A stretch of DNA of 64,000 nt, taken from positions 20,100,464 through 20,164,463 of the forward strand of contig NC_043011.1 in assembly GCF_006345805.1 (NCBI RefSeq), given 5' to 3'. The notes beneath the pieces are model-generated. The model saw nothing but the letters and a program-made list of their open reading frames with translations, had not been told where the DNA came from and searched no databases. Within the stretch, counting starts at the first letter, position 1; every line of letters begins with the position of its first letter. Below, piece by piece: positions 38,957 through 52,800 of the stretch. Position numbers and translations under genes: made by a program. This DNA comes from Octopus sinensis. Its lineage: Eukaryota.

Positions 38957-39384
38957 GTGTGTATGTGTGTGTATGTGTATGTGTGCGTGAGTGTATTCAT
39001 ACAGATAGATAAATAGATACATAGATAGATAGATAGATCTGCTTTCAGTATATTTGTACATTATGTATATATATGTATGCATCAATGCCATATAATACGT
39101 ATGTTTCTGGTTTTTCAACAAGTATGTATTATTATATATATGTGTGTGTACAGGTTATAGATTTGTCTCCTCACTTCATTAACTTTGATTTTCTAATCAT
39201 TAGTTGAAAATTCTTCCGTCATTAGATGTTACCAAAATAGCTTTATGGTATGGTGTACGCATATATATATGTCTGTTCTGTTGTGTCTGCTGTCTATTTC
39301 TACTCGGCGATGTATTTCAATGGCGTGAAACAGAGGAACAATGACTGAGAGTGAGTGAGTGAGTGAGGAAGACGATAACAGAGG

Positions 39385-39431
39385 AAATGTTACACACACA
39401 CACACACACACGCACATATACACATACATAC

Positions 39432-39467
<36 letters not shown>

Positions 39468-39556
39468 GTATGTATGTATGTATATATATATATATATATA
39501 TATATGTACGTATATATATATATATATATGTGTATGTATATATATATGTGTGTATG

Positions 39557-39613
<57 letters not shown>

Positions 39614-39870
39614 ATGAGTATATGTATATATATGAGAGTATCTGCGTACGTGTGGCTGCAGCGGATAAATAGCTGTAACTAAGAGATTGAGGCTATATTG
39701 ATGCATATACCTCTGCAGAACATTGCAGTAGTGTTTTGGAGAATGAAATTTAATGTATGCGCGTACTCACATACACACACAAGCACACAAGTATATATAT
39801 ATATATATATACATACGTACATACATACATACATACATACATACATACATACATACTACATACATACATA
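39385..39870. repeat. Compound (AC)/(TA)/(TG)/(CATA) microsatellites
   Basis: Direct reading. Confidence 0.9.
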
Positions 39871-41759
39871 GAAATATTATTGTTTCTAAGTTTCTCTAAA
39901 GAAGATTAAGGTCAGCGGTACTGGATATTGGTAGTTATCGCCAAGCTAATATTGCAGTCCATAAATATAGGACGAAAGTTCCGTTGATTAGCTCCAAGAG
40001 GCCATCGCCTCTAGCTAGCTATATGACTCACGAACCTGTGTCCATTATAACCTTTGAACAGGGAAGGTCAGCCGCTTCCCCTTGCTGTCAGGCATCTGCA
40101 GACATGTTTCAGGGTATTTGCCCTTTATCAATGCAGAGTAGCCGAACCTAGCATGTGTCGCTACTGACCGTCTGTTCGAAGGATTATTCGTCTAAATTCA
40201 GTGAAATACAGCCACTGGTTTTCAAAAATAGAAACATGTAAAATGTAACATATATGCGTTTGTCCTCCGAACCACTTAGACCCTCTGAAGAAGCCTACAG
40301 GCACATTCATTATCCAGGCATAACCTGCTCTTTCCTATATAACACTGAAGAAATGAAGACAACCTGGAAGTTTTCGTTGCCTCCTGGCAGAAACGGCCGT
40401 AAGGAACTAGCACCTAGACATCCATTCGGGTTTACTGACAATCCGTTTATTTACTCTTTTACTCATTTACTCATTTACGCAATTAATCACCTGTCCCTAT
40501 ATGATCATATGCTTCCACACCATTGTTTCTGCAATTACCAACTTTTCTATTTGATAATTTGTACCACTCATACATGTGTATGCAATCATCTAATACATTG
40601 GAATTAATAGACATACTGAAATGTTTACCGGCTGATGTCTGTGGATTTTGTATCTTCTCCACTTTCTTAATTGATAAATTTATACACACACACACGTGTG
40701 TGTGTATCTCTCTATATGTGATTTTCCTCCCATCACCTCTTGACAACAGTCTTTTTACCTTCCTCGATGGGAAATGCCGAAGAGAGGTAACTCCGGGCAG
40801 ATTTAAAGCCGCAGTTATCCTTATATAGCCTAGCCATCATGTCAACTTTTATTCATAGAATGGTATCAAGAGAAACTATCTTTTTTCTATATTAGTGACA
40901 TTTATATTTTCTTACAGATATGTTATGTGTGAATATTTCAGATACCTTTTGCAAACATTTATTTCACAGAGGTTCTGAACGGAAAATGTAGAATATTCTC
41001 ATTAAGTAAATACCTTTATTGGACAAATTAGGATGAGACTTATAGGTGCATTTTTCTCTAGTTTTTAGACAAATCTATCCAATGTATTTTCAATTTTCTG
41101 AATTTCCATGTGGAAAACTCTTGAGGTATTGTCATTACCTCGATAAAATAGTGTTTTGAATTGCATTTAAACGCGCAGCCTCCTTCTCTTTACATGTGTC
41201 GGATGCTGTATATTTCTTCGTGGCCGACTGCTATTCTGAGATGCATCGCGAATGCTGTTTTCCGTCAGCGTCAGCGGAAGAAACGAGTTCTAGGAAAGTA
41301 TAGAATGTTTTGCGGAAACATAAATATAGATATAATCTGTTTTTCTGTGTTTTTTTTTTTCTTGTTGAGTTTCCTTTTTTCCTATCAGCATTGTTCATAG
41401 CAGTAACTAATTTCCAATTAGCTGTACGTAATACTCACAGAATAAATAGCTCCATTAGTCGAAAAAAGATATGTGCTTAATGTAGATGTGCGCTTACTTA
41501 TCTCACACGTATATAAAGATATAATCATGTATGTGTGTATATGTGTGTATGTGTGTATGCATGTGTTTTCTGTGTACATACAGACATATATACATACATA
41601 CAAACGTACGTACATACACACATATATACATGCATACGTACGTACATACATACATATTCACAGTTGCAGATGCACATTTTCTAATTCTAGCAACATATAT
41701 CTAATCAAGAGCACTTTGATTTGCACTGTTTCAACCGAATATATAATTACTAATTTCAG

Positions 41760-41841
41760 TTCGTACTTACTACTACTACTACTACTACAACTACTACTAC
41801 TACTACTGCTGCTGCTGCTGATGCCGCTGCTGCTATCAATA

Positions 41842-41887
<46 letters not shown>

Positions 41888-41902
41888 TAGCAACAACAAC
41901 AA
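41760..41902. repeat. (CTA)/(CTG)/(ATA)/(CAA) trinucleotide series
   Basis: Direct reading. Confidence 0.9.
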
Positions 41903-42243
41903 AAATGTTTTATTTCTCAAGCGTTTAATTTTTTTTGCAGTTTCTCATCACTTCCTTCTGACTCGTCTTGGAAAACAAATTATAGCATTTTTTTACAAAA
42001 TAAACATTAGGAGTGATTAATTAATCAGCGTATGTATATGTGCGTGTGTATTTTTTTCTCTAACATTACAATGTGTTGTGTGAATTTGAACTTAAGAAGC
42101 GAGGGGCTTGCACCTTGACACTTGCAGGTCCTGCGAGACTGGTGAAATCGATATAATTTATGTTCATATTGAACAGTTGGCATCTGTATGACATACATTT
42201 ACGAGAGGAATGGAAACGTGTAACGTTGGTATGCGGGAATAAA

Positions 42244-42484
42244 GGCGGGAATGAAGGCGGCGAGCTGGCAGAAACGTTAGCACGCCGGGCGAAATGCTTA
42301 GCGGTATTTCGTCTGCGTTACGTTGTGAGTTCGAATTCCGCCGAAGTCGACTTTGCCTTTCATCCTTTCGGGGTCGATAAATTAAGTACCAGTTACGCAC
42401 TGGGGTCGATGTTATAGACTTAATACCCATGTCTGTCCTTGTTTGACCCTCTGTGTTTAGCCCCTTGTGGGTAATAAAGAAATA
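42244..42484 (+). mobile_element. SINE family A, full length, tail type 2, 16-bp TSD
   Basis: Flanked by GGTATGCGGGAATAAA at 42228-42243 and 42485-42500; ends CCCTCTGTGTTTAGCCCCTTGTGGGTAATAAAGAAATA. Confidence 0.9.
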
Positions 42485-43550
42485 GGTATGCGGGAATAAA
42501 ATTGAGTATGGTGGCTTATAAGTAGATTTACATCGATTTAAAGATAGGAAACAAGAGCAATAGATAGTGTAAATAACAAGAAAACTACCCCATAAGATGA
42601 CTGGCCCCTAGGGTCAATCCAGGTATTGCACATACCCATGGTTACCCTTCTACAAAAGAAAAGCACTCTCTCCTAGTTGCTATACTACACGCGTAAACTT
42701 TGAGTAAAAGTCAATTCATGCGAGGCTGTAGGCCAGCTTACTTTAAATCAAATTCCCTACTCTTACGCACCTTAAAATCATTGGCAAATTAAACATGTCT
42801 CAAGGTCGATTCCAATTCGTGTGCATTCATGGAATTAATAATGTGCGGCCATGGTAATAAGGAAAATGAAAATTACAGTGATCACTCATCGTGGTCTTAG
42901 AGGAAAAAGTGTGATTTTGTATTCTCGGGGATCAGGGATTCTTTAAAATTCTTCCCCAAAAGATTTTGTGTTTGATTTGTCTTTCCGAAACGTTTCCAAG
43001 TTATATAGGGTTTCCTCCTTATGTCCAAGTAAACTTCTTCGATGTACTCAGCAGAAATCTACTCAGTCCTACATAAGATCCTCTGATACCTTTGTACTTT
43101 TTTGTGCATTTTCCTATGGAAGCCGTGAACTCCTTTGTATTTATTAAGCTATTATGCTTTTGACAGCTGGTATTGCTGTTGTTTTGTTCATTTTTCTTGT
43201 GTTTTTGTTGCTGTGTCCCGTTTATGGTTTCCTCTTGTTACATTTCTTTTTGGTATAGTTGCCTTTGTTCTTGAGTGCATTTGTTCTTGTTGAGGTGGTG
43301 ATGGTGGTAATGATGGTGATGGCAGCGATATTAGTTGTGTGTGTGTGGCTGATGCAAGGCTGACTGTCACCTTTACTGGACGTTCAAATTTTGTTTGTAG
43401 TGCTCATTTTTACCCGAACGTTTCTATTCATGACCTCTTGTAACGGCACTTCGTCTCACCCTCGAACAGCGACATGGTATCTGAATCGGAAAGGTCTGAG
43501 ACAGAATAAGAACGGAAATTTGCAAGTGTCTGTGTTTGTATTTGTTCAAA

Positions 43551-43938
43551 GTGGAGGCGCAATGGCCCAGTGGTTAGGGCAGCGGACACGCGGTCATAGG
43601 ATCGCGGTTTCGATTCCCAGACCGGGCGTTGTGAGTGTTTATTGAGCGAAAACACCTAAAGCTCCACGAGGCTCCGGCAGAGGATGGTGGTGATCACTGC
43701 TGTACTCTTTCACCACAACTTTCTCTCACTCTTACTTCCTGTTTCTGTTGTACCTGTATTTCAAAGGGCCGGCCTTGTCACTCTCTGTGTCACGCTGAAT
43801 ATCCCCGAGAACTACGTTAAGGGTACACGTGTCTGTGGAGTGCTCAGCCACTTACACGTTAATTTCACGAGCAGGCTGTTCCGTTGATTCGGATCAATCG
43901 GAACCATCGTCGTCGTAACCGACGGAGTGCTTCCATCC
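43551..43938 (+). mobile_element. tRNA-derived SINE family C, full length, 11-bp TSD
   Basis: A box TGGCCCAGTGG, B box GGTTTCGATTCC; ATTTGTTCAAA at 43540-43550 and 43939-43949. Confidence 0.85.
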
Positions 43939-44080
43939 ATTTGTTCAAAATAAAGGAAATACTGTGTTAAGGAACGTCATTGTGTCTGGATATTAGTTTC
44001 TGCTGTTATTTTGTGTGATGAGGGTTACTATTGCAGCTGCTTTTATTGTGGGTGACATAGCTGTTATTACTTATTTTGTT

Positions 44081-44232
44081 GTAGGAGTGGCTGTGTGGTA
44101 AGTACCTTGCTTACCAACCAGTCCCACAGCGTGGTACCTTGGGTAAGTATCTTCTACTATAGCCTCGGGCCTACCAAAGCCTTGTATGTGGATTTGGTAG
44201 ATGGAAACTGAAAGAAGCCCGTCGTATATATG

Positions 44233-44307
<75 letters not shown>

Positions 44308-44530
44308 ATATGTTTGTGTGTCTGTGTTTGTCCCCCCAGCATCGCTTAACAGCCGATGCTGGTGTGTTTACGTCCCCGTAACTTAGCGGTTCGGCAAAGG
44401 TGACCGATAAAATAAGTACTAGGCTTACGTAAAATAAGTCCTGGTGTCGATTCGCTCCACTGAAGGTGGTGCTCCAGCATGGCCACAGTCAAATGACTGA
44501 AACAAGGAAAAGAGAAAAAAAGTAAAAGAG
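44081..44530 (+). mobile_element. SINE family B, full length with internal (TA)n(TG)n
   Basis: Head, internal microsatellite, tail GGCCACAGTCAAATGACTGAAACAAG + A-rich end. Confidence 0.9.
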
Positions 44531-44913
44531 CATGATAACTCCTTTTGCTCATCCGGGCTTCATGTTGTAGCTCAAATCAACACGAGACCGCTATCGATAT
44601 TTTTCTGATGTCTTTCCGTTTCACAACGATTCCTTCTATTACAGCCAGTGCACTTTCAGGATTATCATCTCTCCCTTCTCATCGCAAAAACTGCAGATAT
44701 CAGCCATTACGTCCTTTCATTAATGCAGCACAATGACCCCGGGCAATTTCGTCATTCGCAGATTCATACACGATAGAAAGAATATGATTTTTCTCTTATC
44801 TCTCTCATTTGAAGCGTTGGAATGGCACTTCGCCTCACACTCGGAGTGAAAAGACCTAAAGTTTATCATTTCATAATGCCTGATGTGATTGAAGAAGGTT
44901 TCTTCTCCAACAT

Positions 44914-45084
44914 AGGCGCAGGATGGCTGTGTGGTAAGTAGCTTGCTTACCAGCTACATGGTTCCGGGTTCAGTCCCACTGCGTGGCACATGGGGCAAGT
45001 GTCTTCTACTATAGCCTCGGGCCAACCAAAGCCTTGTGAGTGAATTTGGTAGACGGAAACTGAAATAAGCCTGTTGTATATATG
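44914..45084 (+). mobile_element. SINE family B, 5' half
   Basis: Same head; stops at the internal TA tract. Confidence 0.85.
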
Positions 45085-47730
45085 AAGCGACTTTTCTACT
45101 TTCCTTTCTGGGACTCTTCTTACTTATCTCAGTTGTTCTCATTTACAAAACCAGTGGCTCATTGTGTTTACTTGCCCGTATGAACCAATTAGTCCTAGCA
45201 TCGAGCCTACTAGACCTCTTGCCAATGCTGTTGTTACTGATAAAAATGGTGACATGAACCTCCACGGAGGGGCTAATACATGTTTTGATGGCTTCTGTGA
45301 CAATGATAGTTCTGTCTGTTGGACTGTTGCTTAGTATTGTGATATTCGGTTGACACGTTGTTGATTTGATGACATTGGTGTCGTTATTGTTTTCATTTAT
45401 CTACTTTATCCTCGTTTAAGCCTAGTGAAAACTACCTAATCTCTGTGAACAGCGATATAATTGAAAAATTCAGGAGTATATCTATTGTTAGCTCACTGTT
45501 TTGAAATTAACTCTCAAGGATAGAAATTCAGTCTTGAATTCTGTTGACATTATGTCATAACGAACTCGTAAAAAATTATATATTTATATATTTGTATCAA
45601 CTATTGTTTATATTAATCTAAGTTTGAAAAACATTTTAATAAGTTTAATAAACATTTAGATTTCTAACGTATTATATGTAGACATTTCAAAACTTTAGAA
45701 TAATTATTGCAGCTATATTAAACGAGCAGAGTGATTACGTACAAGATAGCTCATTAGTTCTTGTGATCGAGAGAAGTGTACTTAGAATAGCTCTCTTGGT
45801 TACAAAAGTAATTTCTGATAAATATTAAAACAAAACTGCAAAGTAAAAATAGAGAACGAAGTTGGGTATAAAGTTATATGCTAACAACCATATTAAATAT
45901 ATGAGAGACACTACTATTGCTAAGTGCAGAGACAGTTTGAACTGTTTGTATTTATATTAATTAAATTATTATATATGTTTCAAATCGCCCAGAAGAAAAA
46001 GAAGCTGAAATGAACTCGAGCGTAATTCATTCAATAACTGCTGTGAGACGTGGATATGTTTAATTTGTTCAGTCATACTTGAAAAACTTTCTAGCTTGTT
46101 TCGAAACACTTACATCCAGGGTTATTGAGTTGGAAAGAATCAGATTTGACTAATACACAATGTGGCCTGTCAATGAATTTGAAACTCCTAGACAGCCATT
46201 CGGAACAGATGACATTTAAATGCAATGCACTAACTATTGAAGAGAAAGAAAAGTGAAAGGTGAAACATCCTGTAATAGTTTCGTGAAGAAATGATTTTGT
46301 AGACGGAATCAATCAGAGTTCAGTAGTTTTAAATACTTTACAAATTGGAAGATAAATAATATAGCGTGAACAGGAAGCAATATAATAAATAACCTTTCGT
46401 TTAGCAATTTCCTCTTTAAGAGGGTGAAATCATGTCGCTTACGTAGGAGTGTATCAAGCAAGTTAGTTTAATGAATGCAGCATGATATGTGAGGAAAGAT
46501 CTCGGCAAACCAAGTCTAAGAGATACCTAGGATTTCTTTTTCAAATCAACTCATTTCATTTATGCTTTTAATATTATTTAGAAATATATCAGATCTAACA
46601 AAAGAATTTGTATGTAGTCATTCCACCCTCAAGACATAACAGTTACATCTTTCTCCTAATAAAACCCTATCAACTTGTTTTAGAAACAGATTATATTTTG
46701 TAATGTATTGCACGAAATACAATAAACACTCATAATCATGGCTTATGGTCTCTGAAAATGCCTTCTCTTAATTTTGAACTGGAACTGAAGAACACATAAA
46801 CAATTACATCAGTGTTATTTCTTTCTTCCAATCCTTCACGTTTGTTTTCGCCAAGACCAATTAGGACTAGTCTTTCTGGTGCACCACCAATTTTCGCCGA
46901 AGTGCAATTGGCGATACTAATCATTTCTGCCAGCGCTTCAGGAACGCATTATACCTGCTCTGTTGTATTTATTTATCGATCGGCACCTTGATACTGAGGT
47001 CATTGATACCCACCTCCAAAATAACCCAACCTGGAGTGTACGAAAGTTTCATTTTCTACTCAGTGATAGCATTGTTAGTTTGCCTTGCAAGAATTCGTTA
47101 GGCAGAACGAATCCAGTTACCCTGTATAGCTGTGACATTCTAACATCTTAAACAAATGAGAAATTTGATTTTAATTCGCTTCAGGCTACGAAATTAGATG
47201 ATTATCAACATATCATGTGAATCAATATTCTTTGTCCGTTTGTTGGTGGAGGATTTGAGAGCAAGGTGATAAAATAAAAGACGTAACGATATACCGTAGA
47301 CAAAATTTGATCCAGATACTTCCATCAATGCGATGGCATACTGACTCGATCATCCAGGGCCTTTTATTTTATTCCATTAGAATCTTTCTATTATTAGGAA
47401 AGTGTCCGTCCTTAAGTTTTTTGGTTTTTTGGGGTTTTTTTTTTTTTGAATAATCAAGACTCTATCTCTTACAAACAATTACAATGCATTCGTTAAAGTT
47501 GCTGGAGCCTCATAACTATTCCCCTATATTCTACTTTCTGCGGAATAAAATTCTGGAATTGACAGTATTTCCTTGCGACAAGAGCACGATACTCGGACTA
47601 TTGCAATGAAAAATCCGCCATTTCTCTTGAGCTTTAGACAAATACGATTATGAGTTGCGCTGATCTTGGATTACAGTGAAAGAAAGCTACACCGGAGGAC
47701 CAGCCTTGATCTCGCATCAGTGCCTTTAAA

Positions 47731-48144
47731 GGCGGCGAGCTGGCAGAAACATTAGCACGCCGGGCGAAATGCTTAGCGGTATTTCGTCTGCTGTTACGTT
47801 CTGAGTTCAAATTCTGCCGAGGTCGACTTTGCCATTCATCCTCTCGGGGTCGATTAAATAAATACCAGTTACGCAGTGGGGTCGATATAATCGACTTAAT
47901 CCGTTTGTCTGTCCTTGTTTGTCCTCTCTGTGTTTAGCGCCTTGTGGGTAGTAAAGGAATAGGTATTTCGTGTGCCGTTGCGTTCCTAGTTCAAATTCCG
48001 GCGAGATCGACTTTGCCTTTCATCCATTCGGGGTCGATAAATTAAGTACGAGTTACGCACTGGGGTAGATCTAATCGACTTAACCTCTTTATTTGTCCTT
48101 GTTTGTCCCCTCTATGTTTAGCCCATTGTGGGCAATAAAGAAAT
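47731..48144 (+). mobile_element. SINE family A dimer (head + two bodies, tail type 2) flanked by 48-bp direct repeat
   Basis: The body restarts at GGTATTTCGT (~47962) directly after the first tail; 47680-47727 and 48145-48192 are 45/48 identical. Confidence 0.85.
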
Positions 48145-48724
48145 AAGAAAGCTACACCGGAGGATCAGCTTTGATCTCGCATCAGTGTCTTTTCATCCCA
48201 ATGATAAGGCGATCGAGACGACTGAGTGTATATCATAGATGCAGTAGGATATCCAGAGCGATGTGCACATCTCATCGTACTCTGTGGTACAATACCCTCA
48301 GCAACATTGCTGGATATCACTTCTCTGATCGTTGAAACGTGACCGTTGAGGCATGGGTTTTCTCCGCCACACAATCTGAAAACAGAAACTTTTTGCATGT
48401 GACTCAAGTATGCGTAAACATTAATTAGAGGACCCTTGACTCTCCTGTGGTCACCTGCCCTTAGACGACTTTTATTTTTCATCTCGTAAAGTGTCGAAAA
48501 CATCACGCTTTTCAGAAATAGATTTAGATACCAACCACTCGCCCCCGCAATGTGTGGACTGGATTAGATGTTACCACTAGCACTTAGAAGCGTCCTGATG
48601 TTATTTCAAAGTATTCTATTGTGAATCAATGCATAGGAGATTAACCATAAGCTCTTCGCTTAATCTAATAACTATGAGGAGAAAAGCGTAAATCTTAAAA
48701 TATCTCATTTCTGCTTTCCTGTTA

Positions 48725-48770
<46 letters not shown>

Positions 48771-48795
48771 ACTCTATGTCTTGACGGGGAGTATA

Positions 48796-49009
48796 TTGGC
48801 TTCAAATTTTGGTTCAAGGACATCAATTTCGGGGGAGGGGATAAGTCGACTACATCGACTCCGGTACTCAAATGGTATTTATTTTATCGACCCCGAAAGG
48901 ATGAAGAGCAGCGTCGTCCTCAGCGGAATTTGAACTCAGAATGAAGAGACGGACGAAATGCCGCTAAGCATTTTGCCCGGCGAAGTAAGGATTCTACCAG
49001 CTCACCGCC
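48796..49009 (-). mobile_element. SINE family A, tail type 1
   Basis: Reverse complement of the complete head, core and GGCTTCAAATTTTGG tail. Confidence 0.85.
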
Positions 49010-49747
49010 CTAACGATGGTGAATATATTCGATAGTATATTATATGGAATAGCTAAACACTATACAGGATAACATACTGAAGGGGTACGACAAGAATACA
49101 TCTGATCATAGATGTTCTCGAACAATCTTGAACTGAGAATAAACTGCAAAAACGTATAAATGGTTTTGTTTCTGGTTAAACGAAACCAGAAACAAACCAA
49201 AACTTAGCCTTATGAAAATTTCCAAAGAAGTAGAATAACCTAATTTGATCTGATATTGCTACCACTTGACTCGGAGGAGATTATTAAATCATCATTACAA
49301 CTATTTGTAATTCTTACAATGAAGAATTGGCATTTGTGATAGAGTGACGTGCTAAATACGTAACTTTTGGATTTATAAAATCCCATTACACCTCATGGCT
49401 TCGTACATAAATATATGAAATATATTGGTGTGAAGTGAATCCTTTCAACTCATTTCTACAAATCCGAAAGAATTCTCCTGAACATATGGCTCTGATGCTC
49501 CCCCACTACTGCTCGTGATAAGGAATGCACAAATCGCCAACCACTAAAGGAAATGTTCAACTGGCTATGATCAAGAAAATGAAAATCTAATCTATAATAT
49601 TGAGTAGAATATTTGCTGTAGCCCATCTTATTTATACCAAGACAAAACATATACATCATAGCACCTGTTACTAGTTGAGATCAGAAGCTATGAATACCAC
49701 TGCCTGGGACTGCATCTACTGTTGTTGCTGTTGTTGTTGTTGTTATG

Positions 49748-49800
<53 letters not shown>

Positions 49801-49801
<1 letters not shown>

Positions 49802-52800
49802 ATTGTCATTTACTTTTAATCTGCATGTTTGATGCAATCACTTGCCGGGGCACACCCAGCGCCCTAGGGCAAGTGAAGGTTAAGAGTTCTTGAAATATAG
49901 CTGAAAGCTTGGGGAGGGGAAGTAGAGCAATATCTCCATGTAATACAACACAAACATTTACATTGATAGGGGTTTTCTAAGGATGTGGGCAGTACTTGTT
50001 AGTACAATCTTTTGGATTTCCTTGAGACATGGTTCTCCAGGAATATTGTCTAGGTGTTTCTGACATTTATTTTTTATCATACCTAGGGCACCTACAATAA
50101 CAGGAACAGTTTTTGTTTTAAGATTCCACATCTTTTGTATTTCGATTTCCAGGTCCTTATATTCACTAAGTTTGTCAAATTCCTTTACAGATATATTTTT
50201 ATCAGTGGGGACGCTTACCTCTATTAGTCTGCAGGTATTTTCTTCCCTGTCTTTAAAAATTATGTCTGGTCGATTAGCCTTGATCGTTCTGTCAGTGTTG
50301 ACAGGAAAATCCCAGAGGATGGTGACATTTTTACCTTCAACAACTGGCTGAGGATGGTGTTCATACCAGTTAGCAGGAGTGCCGAATTTGTAGTGTTTAC
50401 ATATCTTCCAATGTATATACTGTCCTACCCTATCGTGGCGATTTTTGTATTCGTTTGGTGTCAGCACAGGACATCCCGAAACGAGATGGTCTATTGTTTC
50501 GTCAAATGTGTCGCAGAATCTGCATTTAGGGTCAGCACCGTTTCGGAGAACGTTAGCCTGGTAATTTCTGGTAAACAAGCTTTGATCTTGTGCTGCCAGT
50601 ATGAAGCCTTCAGTCTCTGCTTTCAATCCTGAACTCTTCAGCCACTGATGGGTTGTTGCTTGGTCTACATCAGCATTTTGGCTTCGGAGAATATATTGTC
50701 CATGCAGGGGCTTCTGGCTCCACCGCCTCTTAATTTGATTCTGCCCGTTCTTTTTTGCAGTCTGCTTGATTCGCTTTGCTTGCTTGGTAGCAGTGGTTTC
50801 CGGCTCTTCATCTGATTCAAGGTTAATGTCTAGTTCCCTTTCGAACTTATAAGCTTCCTTGACAATTGAATGCAGCTTTTTGCTGCTTTCGTGTTCGCAC
50901 ACAAGTCGCAGCATCAAGTCCTTTGTACTAGATAGGTACCTGTTCATTCCTACAGTGGAGGTCTTATAGCACAGCTCAAATTGCATCATTCCTCTCCCCC
51001 CGCTGCTTCTAGGTAGGTACAGGCGGTCTACATCTGCCTTAGGGTGGTGCATGTTCTTGGATATCAGTAATTTTCTTGTCTTCCTGTCCGTAAGGTTCCA
51101 GTTAATGATGTTAAAACTGTACTGGACTACTAGAAGTGCCAGGGTGTTAATGGCCTCAATACAATTTTTGGAGTTGAGTTCAGTCTTCAGTACAAGCCTT
51201 ATTCTCCTATAGTATTCCTTTCTTATTTTTTCCTTCATAGTAGCATGATGTATACCATCTTCTTCGTTGATTCCTAGGTATTTGTAACTTTCTTGTGGGT
51301 CAAGTTCCTTGATGGTAGTGTCAACATCTAATTTAACAGAAGCTGTTAGCCTGAGCTTGCCTCTTACAAAAGTTGCTTTAGCACACTTATCAAGGCCAAA
51401 ATCCATTCCGATATCATTGCTAAACTCTTTAACAGTTGTTAGCAGCCCTTCTAGCTCTTGGTCATTCCTGGCAAACAGCTTAAGGTCGTCCATATAGAAA
51501 AGGTGGTTTATTGACTTACTAAAAAATTTGTACTCATATCTGGTACTATCCAATTCGTTTGAGAGTGGGATCAGTGCCATGCAAACAAGTAATGGAGAGA
51601 GGGAGTCACCTTGAAAGATGCCTCGTTTGATGTTGATGCTGTTGGACTGGCTCATCCCATTACTATGGCTTAGAAAGAGACGTGTGTTCCACATGGTCAT
51701 GCTAATCTGTAAGAATTTTGAGACGACAGGAGAGATCGTGTATATCTCAAGGGCCTTGAGTATCCATTTATGTGGGACACTGTCAAACGATTTCCTGTAG
51801 TCTATCCATGACATACTCAGGTTTTTGTTTTTGCTCTGGCAATTCTCTACAATCATTCTGTTTATGAGCAATTGGTCTTTGCACCCATAAGAGTTTCTTT
51901 TACAAACTTTTTGAGCTTGTGGAAGGATAGAGTTTTGTTCAAGGAAAGCGTACATTCTCTCCGTTATTATGGATGTGAGGATTTTGTAGGTGGTGTTGAG
52001 ACATGTTATTGGCCGGTAATTCTTTGGGTTTTTTGTGTCTTCGGTTTTAGGTAATAGGTAGGTGGTTCCTTCAGTCAGCCAAGCAGGTATTTACTCTGGG
52101 TTCTGAATGACATCAGACAGAGATGCCGCGAGATTTTCGTGTACCTCTGTCAAACAATTCAGCCAGTAGTTAGGGATCCGATCCAGTCCTGGGGTTTTCC
52201 ATTTATGAGCCTTCCTAAGGACACACCTTAGCTCCTCTATTCCTATTGCTTCCCATTTCTGTTCTTCAAGTTCATCCAGTCTCTCTTTCTCACGTTCTAT
52301 CCAGTCAGCCTCAGCATTAAACTCTTTTTCGTTGCTCTATACCTTCTTCCAGAACTCCTCCACTTCCTCAATCTAAGATGGATCTTCTATGTGTATTCTA
52401 TTTTAGTCAATTTCCCTATAAAATTTCTTTGCATCTATCTTAAAAAAATTATTTTGTCGATAAAATTTGTTTTTTTTTGTCATACCTTCTAAGCCGTTGG
52501 GCTTTCAACTGTATCCGTTGTTTCAACAGTTCCTTAGTTGCAGGGAGGTTTATGAAATCTCTGATTTCATATTTTTGCTTGATTTTTCTAGCTTTTCTCG
52601 ACTTAATATTCACTCCTCTAGCAAGCTCATCGAGAACTGAAACATCCACCCGCAGAGATTCAATCTCTTTTTGTATCGCTACTTTCCACTAAGGAGGTTC
52701 AATGACATGCCTGGCCTTTTTCTTTGTCATCTTAATACCTAGTTGGGTAGTTACTACTTTAGCAGTGGAATATATGAGATTATTTAAGGTTGTCAGATCA

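Noticed and set aside
39930-40470. GC-richer repeat-like segment
   Set aside because: No termini, motifs or second copy in the window to support a call.
45140-46960. Open frames of 60-85 codons near 45.2 kb and 46.8 kb
   Set aside because: Bounded by stops, lacking credible splice sites or homology.
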